A stretch of DNA of 64,000 nucleotides from Hyalangium minutum (lineage in GTDB: Bacteria > Myxococcota > Myxococcia > Myxococcales > Myxococcaceae): the NCBI RefSeq assembly GCF_000737315.1, contig NZ_JMCB01000008.1, forward strand, positions 434,001 through 498,000, read 5' to 3'. Below, in pieces: positions 58,426 through 64,000 of the stretch. Position 1 is the stretch's first letter. Every line of letters begins with the position of its first letter. Made by a program: the position numbers and the translations under genes. The notes beneath the pieces were generated by a model. That model ran no database searches, was not told where the DNA came from, and was given only the letters and a program-made list of their open reading frames with translations.

Positions 58426-59180
58426 CCGCTCAAAATCGCGTCGAGCTCACCGTCTACGCGCCAGCGCTCACGGGTGACGATGGCCGCACGCTCGCTGCCG
58501 TCCACGGAATGGAGAAAGCGCTCCCAGGCATGCGCCTGGAGTGGAAAGTCTCCAAAGAAGGGCAACTCATTGCGCTCCCGCAGCGTGACGCATGGCTTGC
58601 TGAGGCAGCGACTCGCGGGCAGTTCCCGCTTCTCTGCAACGGCGATGAGAACTACCCCATGACGATTTCCGGGTTGAAAACGCCCGCGAGCCAGGCACCT
58701 GGCGGACAGCCGCTGCTCGATATCCATGCGGACCTACCGCTCGATGCGGTCGTCATCGCGGCAGCGGTGAACATCCTAGAGCACGTAGCCGAAGGCGCAC
58801 GCGCGCGATGGGGCCACATGACGCCGGCCCGTGTGATGCAGGACATTGCGGACCAGATAGGCCCGAAGCGGCATGGTCCTGAAAAGCCGCCGCGCGGGCT
58901 ACCTGCTATCACGTTCCCAGAGAGAATCCCCGCACCCGAGATTCCCTATTACCTCGGGTGGCTCAACTACTGGTCGGCAGCCGCCGCACGAGCCATCGGG
59001 TTCCCGGACCCTGCCCGCGATGCGGACCTGCTCTCTGGGGCGCAGCGCACGGCGACGGGCGGGTGGGTGGTGCGACTCACGGAGGCGCCGCTCGATCTCG
59101 ACAACCCTACGCATCTGGATGCGCTCCTGCGAGCGTATGAGCGCTTCCCGGTGATCGGCGGGCGCGTCGCTCCGCGCTGA
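58422..59180 (+). CDS. Putative immunity protein (DUF5953/Imm52-like)
   Basis: ATGA overlap with the upstream stop; YLGWLNYWS..A..IGFPDP..T.TGGWVVRLT..PLDL.NP.H. Confidence 0.8.
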   Translation: MTAQNRVELTVYAPALTGDDGRTLAAVHGMEKALPGMRLEWKVSKEGQLIALPQRDAWLAEAATRGQFPLLCNGDENYPMTISGLKTPASQAPGGQPLLDIHADLPLDAVVIAAAVNILEHVAEGARARWGHMTPARVMQDIADQIGPKRHGPEKPPRGLPAITFPERIPAPEIPYYLGWLNYWSAAAARAIGFPDPARDADLLSGAQRTATGGWVVRLTEAPLDLDNPTHLDALLRAYERFPVIGGRVAPR

Positions 59181-59729
59181 CTGAGTGTGTACAGCAGCCG
59201 AGTGCTTTCGGCCCCATGTAGCCGCGGGCGTGTTCGAGGCCGACGACCTCAAAGCCCGAAGTTCGCCAACCGACCGATTGGGCTGGATTCTGATCCAAAC
59301 CAGAGGGCGCGATCCTGCGGTTGCCCGCAGTTGCCGCAATCGGAATCCCGTGTTCCTCACCGATCGTTTCCACCAGCCCCAACAAGCCCAGGTGCCCATG
59401 GCGTCTGCCACGCACCTCACGCGGGTCCTTCCCTCCTTCAACCCGTATGGAGAGGGCAAGTTCTGGGTAATGTTCAACCGAGCAACATTGCCGTACTCGC
59501 CAGCGTAGCCCTCGATGATGATCAACAAGGTCGTGCCTCTGACGAGGCCCGAGAGGGTGACCCTCGAGTGCAGACTGCTTCCCGCATCGTCAACTCAGAC
59601 GGCGCTGCAACCGCCTCATCCTCGTCTGGCATCCCCCGCAGGGCATGGCCTTCTGGGGCACCCTGCTGCTTGAGGCTCGACACCGCGTGCTGGGGTAGCC
59701 CCTGTGCTGAGGCCAGTTGAACAGGCCTC

Positions 59730-59770
59730 CCTCGACGTCCAAAGAGAACGTCCGGCGCAGCAGCGACCCA
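59730..59770 (-). mobile_element. Short IS91 transposase remnant
   Basis: Reverse complement encodes SLLRRTFSLDV, the same conserved motif as the other remnants. Confidence 0.5.
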
Positions 59771-59804
59771 TGAATAGATCCCCTGGGGGATTAGGGCTCC
59801 TGGA

Positions 59805-61280
59805 ATGCCGAAGATCTATTCATTAAAAGAAATTTTCTCGATCGACCTCAGATCGCTGGCCTGGTTTCGCGTGCTGATGGGCGCGCTTGCCGTGGCCGAC
59901 GGGTTCAACCGGCTTTCCGTCGCGGAGGCTCATTACTCGGACAGCGGCGTTCTACCCAGAGCCGCTTACCTGACCGATATTGCGACCCGGTTCGAATTCA
60001 GCCTCACCCTGCTCTCCGGAGACTGGCGGTTTCAGGCTGCACTCATTTTGCTCCAGGTCGTGTGTGCCTTCTGCTTTATGGTGGGTTATCGCGGCCGCCT
60101 CAGTGCATTTCTCACCTGGATTCTGCTGCTTTCGTTTCACACGCGGCTTCCGATCAATGCACATGGCGGCGACGACGTTTTGCGGCTGATGTTCTTCTGG
60201 TCGATATTCTTGCCAGTCAGCGCCAAGCACTCCATGGATGCCATCTTGAATTCCGAGCGAGAGCCCGTGCCAGACTCTGTGTCCGGCTTTGCGCCGGCTG
60301 CGATTCTCTTGCAGCTGGCCTTTGTTTACTCCTTCTCGTTCATCCACAAATGGAATCCCGTGTGGAACTCCGAGTTTTCGGCGCTTTACTATGCCTTGAA
60401 CATCGATCATCTGGTGACTGCGCAAGGACGGTGGCTCTTGCAGTTTCCCGCCTTCTTGAGGTTCGCCACGCTGGGTACGATGATCCTGGAATGTACGGGG
60501 CCGCTGCTGGTGTTCTCGCCTGTCTTTCTGCCTCAACTGAGGATGATTGTTCCAGCGGTTTTCATCTTGTTCCACTTCTGCCTGTTCTTAGGCATGTACC
60601 TGGGGATCTTCCCGTGGATCTGCGCGATCAGCTGGTTGCTGTTTTTGCCGGGTGGGTTTTGGGCAAAGGTTGAACCTCGATTGGGTATCGGCTCCGGCCG
60701 CTTCCAGGGTTGGGTTCCCAGAATCGAGGCCCTGGTCAGAAAAAGGCCTCTGGCGTCCAGTGTCTCCTGGCTCAGCCAAAGCTTGGCGGCGGTCTTCCTG
60801 CTCTGGGTGCTCTGGTGGAATCTCACCACGGTTCATGCCCTCCGTGAGATGCCGAAGCCGCTCGGCGCTATCCTCTTCGGGCTCTACCTGGATGCAACGT
60901 GGAACCTGTTCGCACCGTTTCCGTTCAAGGATGATGGATGGTTCGTCATCGATGGACTCACCCAGAATGGGGAGCACATCAACTTGATGACTCCAGGCGC
61001 ACCGCTCACGGATGCCAAACCCGCCCTCGTCGCGAAGACTTACCCCAACTCCCAATGGAGGAAATATTTCATGAGCCTCTGGTTTGGGGACAATGACGCC
61101 TACTTGCCTTACTTCGGGCAGTATTTGTGCAACTCCTACAATCGGGACAAGCAGGGACTTGATCGATTGGTCTCATTCAACATGTATTACATGCTGGAAA
61201 TGACACCACCGCCCGGGGAGCCCGCTCCGCCCGTTGAGAAGAAATTGATGTGGACACAGTTCTGCAGCGATGAATCCTAG
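59805..61280 (+). CDS. HTTM-domain (SdpB / gamma-carboxylase-like) membrane protein with C-terminal W.LFAP segment
   Basis: DLRSLAWFRV, HGGDDVLRLMFFW..FLP, QLAFVY.FS.IHK, W...ALYYAL, ATWNLFAPFP; many TM helices; lower GC than the flanks. Confidence 0.85.
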   Translation: MPKIYSLKEIFSIDLRSLAWFRVLMGALAVADGFNRLSVAEAHYSDSGVLPRAAYLTDIATRFEFSLTLLSGDWRFQAALILLQVVCAFCFMVGYRGRLSAFLTWILLLSFHTRLPINAHGGDDVLRLMFFWSIFLPVSAKHSMDAILNSEREPVPDSVSGFAPAAILLQLAFVYSFSFIHKWNPVWNSEFSALYYALNIDHLVTAQGRWLLQFPAFLRFATLGTMILECTGPLLVFSPVFLPQLRMIVPAVFILFHFCLFLGMYLGIFPWICAISWLLFLPGGFWAKVEPRLGIGSGRFQGWVPRIEALVRKRPLASSVSWLSQSLAAVFLLWVLWWNLTTVHALREMPKPLGAILFGLYLDATWNLFAPFPFKDDGWFVIDGLTQNGEHINLMTPGAPLTDAKPALVAKTYPNSQWRKYFMSLWFGDNDAYLPYFGQYLCNSYNRDKQGLDRLVSFNMYYMLEMTPPPGEPAPPVEKKLMWTQFCSDES

Positions 61281-61715
61281 AAGAACATCCCTCCTCCGAC
61301 GGTGGCGGTGGTGCGCACGTAGTCCGGGAAGCCCCCGTGCCGAGGACGACCTCTACCAAGGCCAGCCTGGGAGCGCTCTCCTCCTCGGGCCGTGGGTCCT
61401 CCCGTTTCCTTGGGTGTACCGGAGCGGCCGCCAACCCCCATAGCAAGGCTGCGCAGATGAGCATGAGGTGGCTCGCTTCCCCGCCCGGGACCCGCGGCGC
61501 CCGGGGAGCATCAGCGCCCAATTTGCGCCCAGCGAGGCTCGCGTGGTTCGACACCGAGTCGGGAGCGGCTCGAGCCTTGTTCCACCACCACAGAGTGTTC
61601 ACTCTTGAAGAAGAGCCTACGATTCTAGGTCGAGTTTATTGACTCCCGAGAGGCAGCGGAGCGGGAGGTAGCGAGGAATCGGAGGACCTATCGGACAACA
61701 GAAGGGGGAAGGGCC

Positions 61716-62501
61716 ATGTCAGTCGGGTTGAAGAAACCACTGGGTTTCGGAGGGATGCTGGTCGCGGCGGGAATGCTGTTCAACACGGCGAGCACAGCGC
61801 TCGCGGCTGACTCGGCTCCCAGCCAAGTTGTCCCGGAAGTGCTCGGGGCCGGCCCTGGTGGCGGCCAGGGCGGCGGCTACGGCGGCCAGCAGGGCGGTGG
61901 CCATGGTGGCGGCTACGGCGGCCAGCAGGGCGGTGGTCACGGTGGCGGCTACGGCGGCCAGCAGGGTGGTGGCCACGGTGGCGGCTACGGCGGCCAGCAG
62001 GGTGGTGGCCACGGTGGCGGCTACGGCGGCCAGCAGGGCGGTGGCCATGGTGGCGGCTACGGCGGCCAGCAGGGCGGTGGCCACGGTGGCGGCTACGGCG
62101 GCCAGCAGGGCGGTGGCCACGGTGGCGGCTACGGCGGCCAGCAGGGCGGCGGTCACGGTGGCGGCTACGGCGGCCAGCAGGGCGGTGGCCACGGTGGCGG
62201 CTACGGCGGCCAGCAGGGCGGTGGCCACGGTGGCGGCTACGGCGGCCAGCAGGGCGGCGGTCACGGTGGCGGCTACGGCGGCCAGCAGGGCGGTGGCCAC
62301 GGTGGCGGCTACGGCGGCCAGCAGGGCGGTGGCCACGGTGGCGGCTACGGCGGCCAGCAGGGCGGCGGTCACGGTGGCGGCTACGGCGGCCAGCAGGGCG
62401 GTGGCCACGGTGGCGGCTACGGCGGCCAGCAGGGCGGTGGCCACGGTGGCGGCTACGGCGGCCAGCAGGGCGGTGGCCACCGCGGCGGCCACGGGGAATA
62501 A
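61716..62501 (+). CDS. Secreted glycine-rich repeat protein
   Basis: GAAGGG RBS; signal peptide ending in ALA-A; body made of GGQQGGGHGGGY repeats. Confidence 0.8.
   Translation: MSVGLKKPLGFGGMLVAAGMLFNTASTALAADSAPSQVVPEVLGAGPGGGQGGGYGGQQGGGHGGGYGGQQGGGHGGGYGGQQGGGHGGGYGGQQGGGHGGGYGGQQGGGHGGGYGGQQGGGHGGGYGGQQGGGHGGGYGGQQGGGHGGGYGGQQGGGHGGGYGGQQGGGHGGGYGGQQGGGHGGGYGGQQGGGHGGGYGGQQGGGHGGGYGGQQGGGHGGGYGGQQGGGHGGGYGGQQGGGHGGGYGGQQGGGHRGGHGE
61881..62480 (+). repeat. 36-bp tandem repeat, 16 full copies plus a partial one
   Basis: Unit GGCGGCCAGCAGGGCGGTGGCCACGGTGGCGGCTAC, with variation only at synonymous positions. Confidence 0.97.
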
Positions 62502-62681
62502 TAGGCGCACCGTCGTCTGGGCATGAGGCGAGGCTGGAGACCGCTGGACGCTCAGCGGCCTCTGCTCCCAGCGCCCTGCTTGCTGCTGGGCTGGCACCGT
62601 CCTCTCGAAGGGTGCCCCTCTACGGGTGGCGCACGGGAGGAGGCTCACATGTCGGGGTAAGCTCGCGGGCCACGCGCCCCC

Positions 62682-63953
62682 ATGACCCGATTCCTCGACG
62701 AACTCACAGCCCTGCTGCGGCACTCCCGCAACCTTCCCGCCGCGGAGCCCCTGCCCAGGGTCTCTCGCGACTGGATCGATCGGGAGGCGCAAGGTGCTGG
62801 CGTCCACCTGGAAGCGGGGGCCATCCTCGCCTTGTCGCTCCGGCACTGTGGCCTGACGGCCCTCCCCGAGCCGCTCGGCGAGCTGTCCCAGCTCCAGCAG
62901 CTCGACGTGACAGGAAATCCCCTCCCTTCCCTACCCGAGAGCCTGGGGCGCCTGACGCACCTCTCGCGGCTCATGGCCGACAACTGCCGGCTCACGCTGC
63001 TCCCGGAGTCGCTCGGGGCCCTGAGCCAGCTCGAGTTGCTCTTCGCGGATGGCAACCAGCTCACGGCCCTGCCCGCCAGCCTGGAGCGGCTGACCCGCCT
63101 CCGGCGGCTGGACCTGCGCGGCAACCAGCTCGCCTCTGTTCCCGAGAGCCTCGGCCGCCTGAACTCGCTCGTGGACCTGCGGCTGGGCAAGAACCTCCTG
63201 ACGTCCGTGCCAGAGTCGCTCTGGAACCTGACGGGCTTGGAGACGCTGGATCTGTCGGAGAACCGCCTTGCGTCCCTTTCGTCCGGCATGGGCGCGCTGT
63301 CCCGGCTGAAGATGCTGGACCTGGGCCATAACGCGCTGACCGCTGTCCCCGAGTCTCTCGGCCAGCTCACCGGCCTCTCGGAGTACCTCTACCTCAGCGA
63401 CAACCAGCTGACCTCCCTGCCGGAGTCGCTCGGGAACCTGAAAGCCCTGAGGTACCTCAACGCCACGGACAACCGGCTGACGACACTCCCCTCCTCCCTG
63501 GGCGGGATACGCGCGCTCATCGAACTCCGCCTCTACAACAACCGCCTCACGGGGCTCCCGGAGGCAATGGGTGCGCTGGAGAACCTCCAAGAGCTCCACC
63601 TGAAGAACAACGCGCTGGACTCCTTGCCCGAGTCCCTCGGCCAGCTCACGCGGCTCCGGAAGCTCAGCCTGGAGAACAACAGGCTGACGGCGCTCCCCTC
63701 CTCCCTGGGAGGCCTCTCGCAGCTCACGGAGCTGGACCTGCGGAACAACCGGCTGGGCTCGCTCCCCGAATCGCTGGGTGCGCTCCGCCACCTGGTCTCC
63801 CTGGACCTCCGAGGCAACCAACTGCGCGCGCTGCCCGCATCCATCGCGGAGCTCCCGAGCCTTGGGAAGCTCGACCTGCGGTGGAACAAGCTGTCCTCGC
63901 CCCCAAGCTGGCTGCAGCGGCTCGAGCAGCGCGGGTGCATCGTGTACCTGTGA
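62682..63953 (+). CDS. Leucine-rich repeat protein (23-aa repeats), stand-alone
   Basis: About 15 repeats of LPESLG.L..L..L.L..N.LT; no GTPase or enzyme domain attached. Confidence 0.93.
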   Translation: MTRFLDELTALLRHSRNLPAAEPLPRVSRDWIDREAQGAGVHLEAGAILALSLRHCGLTALPEPLGELSQLQQLDVTGNPLPSLPESLGRLTHLSRLMADNCRLTLLPESLGALSQLELLFADGNQLTALPASLERLTRLRRLDLRGNQLASVPESLGRLNSLVDLRLGKNLLTSVPESLWNLTGLETLDLSENRLASLSSGMGALSRLKMLDLGHNALTAVPESLGQLTGLSEYLYLSDNQLTSLPESLGNLKALRYLNATDNRLTTLPSSLGGIRALIELRLYNNRLTGLPEAMGALENLQELHLKNNALDSLPESLGQLTRLRKLSLENNRLTALPSSLGGLSQLTELDLRNNRLGSLPESLGALRHLVSLDLRGNQLRALPASIAELPSLGKLDLRWNKLSSPPSWLQRLEQRGCIVYL

Positions 63954-64000
63954 GTCCACGCGGCGAGCCGCGGCCGAAAGCGGCGGACGAGCCGGACGAG

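Noticed and set aside
59185-59600. Short ORFs after the immunity gene (59185..59508 +, 58899..59528 -)
   Set aside because: No RBS, motif or codon bias to support either frame.
61881-62480. 36-bp repeat as a CRISPR array
   Set aside because: Units are contiguous with no spacers and are in-frame coding repeats.

Overview
GC-rich myxobacterial DNA; the gene families (DUF2381, Ser/Thr kinases, Cys-rich lipoproteins, TPR-CHAT, Kelch) point to a Cystobacterineae/Archangiaceae-like genome (inference). The window has no core housekeeping genes and looks like an accessory, heavily rearranged region. It holds attachment-site remnants (3' half of tRNA-Arg at 1824-1874; three tmRNA 3'-end copies at 17748, 21846 and 27086), about nine IS91-family remnants, and a decayed phage-like module (11041-13480) interrupted by an intact, lower-GC Schlafen/AlbA_2-Ig-like gene. 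Other contents: lipoprotein/partner (toxin-immunity-like) pairs, small regulator+enzyme cassettes, a TPR-CHAT operon, a TraAB-like adhesin/OmpA pair, an HTTM protein next to a secreted (GGQQGGGHGGGY)16 protein, and a stand-alone LRR protein. Best leads: (1) the Schlafen-Ig candidate antiphage gene; (2) one extended sigma54-type motif, TGGC-N9-GCTCTAGG, in front of three unrelated genes that lack signal peptides; (3) a palindrome-studded cassette present once full and once internally deleted; (4) an RAE-like 19-bp palindrome upstream of a Rox-like monooxygenase; (5) the HTTM plus Gly/His/Tyr-repeat protein pair. All family assignments come from reading motifs by eye; no database searches were run, and start codons and remnant boundaries are approximate.
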